This document shows, piece after piece, positions 63,650 to 64,000 of a stretch of DNA of 64,000 bases. Each line of letters opens with the position of its first letter. Within the stretch, counting starts at the first letter, position 1. Source of the stretch: an uncultured Acidobacteriota bacterium. Lineage in GTDB: Bacteria > Acidobacteriota > Thermoanaerobaculia > UBA5066 > Gp7-AA6. A model generated the notes under the pieces. The model was not told where the DNA came from. It made no database searches and was given only the letters and a program-made list of their open reading frames with translations. The position numbers and the translations under genes were made by a program. The stretch lies in the NCBI GenBank assembly GCA_963829925.1, contig CAWHKQ010000004.1, positions 272,741-336,740 on the forward strand. The letters run 5' to 3'.

Positions 63650-64000
63650 GGACGAGCCGCTGGCTCAGGAGCGGCTGGCCGGCTACGTGCGGCGGCTGGC
63701 CACGCTCGACCTGCGCGGAATCGTGACCAGCGCCGCCGAGGCGCTGGCCTTCACGCGGGCCGACCCCGTGCAGCTCGTCTTTCTCGACGTCAGTCTGGGG
63801 GGAACGTCGGGAATCGAGTTGCTCGAGACCGCGAACCTCAACGCCGCGGTCGTTCTCACCACCGCGCACCACGAGTTCGCCCTGCGAGCCTTCGATCTCG
63901 AGGTCGTGGACTACCTGCTCAAGCCGTTCACCTTCGCGCGATTCGTCCAGGCGGTCGATCGCGTCCTCGAACGGGCGCCCGCGCACCGGCCGGCCGTCGA
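63624..64000 (+). CDS. LytTR-family response regulator, receiver domain only (truncated by the window end)
   Basis: MTTSCLIVEDEPLAQERLAGYVRRL...LVFLDVSLGGTSGIELLE...VVLTTAHHEFALRAFDLEVVDYLLKPF. The ATG at 63624 overlaps the kinase 3' end. Confidence 0.8.
   Translation, partial: MTTSCLIVEDEPLAQERLAGYVRRLATLDLRGIVTSAAEALAFTRADPVQLVFLDVSLGGTSGIELLETANLNAAVVLTTAHHEFALRAFDLEVVDYLLKPFTFARFVQAVDRVLERAPAHRPAV

Overview
High-GC (about 70% by eye) bacterial chromosomal segment with about 50 protein-coding loci. I recognised no rRNA, tRNA, CRISPR array, transposase, integrase or phage gene. Gene content looks like a soil or sediment Gram-negative lineage (Acidobacteriota/Gemmatimonadota-like), but that is only an inference.

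Gene order:
- Start of window: an N-terminal TPR protein fragment and a DinB-family protein.
- 1.4-9.5 kb: a tightly coupled repair operon of MBL exonuclease, ATP-dependent DNA ligase, full-length Lhr helicase and Nei glycosylase.
- 9.4-13 kb: an EAL-domain remnant, a GlsB-type membrane protein, a PlpD-like patatin/Omp85 protein with an in-frame TAG, and a membrane protein.
- 13.3-21 kb: sthA, then an AddA/AddB-like helicase-nuclease pair.
- 21-27.6 kb: TPP riboswitch plus thiC, a POT peptide transporter, an acyl-CoA-dehydrogenase-fold protein, a DUF481 outer-membrane protein and PPK2.
- 27.7-35.7 kb: a Vgb-like beta-propeller protein, an HGSNAT-like acyltransferase, a YVTN beta-propeller, a Tat-signal M24 peptidase, bacilliredoxin, DUF983, a PqqB-like MBL hydrolase and a small membrane-anchored protein.
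- 35.9-44.7 kb: ettA, ubiE/menG, a large acyl-CoA dehydrogenase, a Ser/Thr kinase with TPR domain, and an arylsulfotransferase-family protein.
- 44.7-50.6 kb: a beta-helix/IPT/SLH secreted protein, a secreted hypothetical, cysK and an M64 peptidase.
- 50.6-54.8 kb: a radical SAM/SPASM enzyme, an LpxL-family acyltransferase, a B12-binding radical SAM enzyme and an SRPBCC protein.
- 54.9-64 kb: an ECF sigma factor, a second beta-helix/SLH paralog, a second Ser/Thr kinase with TPR domain, and an ABC transporter with a LytS/LytTR two-component system.

About half of the genes are interrupted by apparent 1-nt indels. Where I checked, these fall in short homopolymers. For those genes I give whole-locus spans stitched from ORF-track fragments, so their ends are approximate.

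Most notable non-standard signals:
- A three-copy structured intergenic repeat with covarying hairpin stems. Two copies sit just downstream of the paralogous SLH genes.
- A two-radical-SAM plus LpxL-acyltransferase plus SRPBCC cluster.
- An ECF sigma / kinase / SLH-protein module with an ECF-type promoter candidate.
- A C15 tract in a divergent promoter region.
- A 260-bp imperfect inverted-repeat element.
- A strikingly patchy distribution of the frame disruptions.
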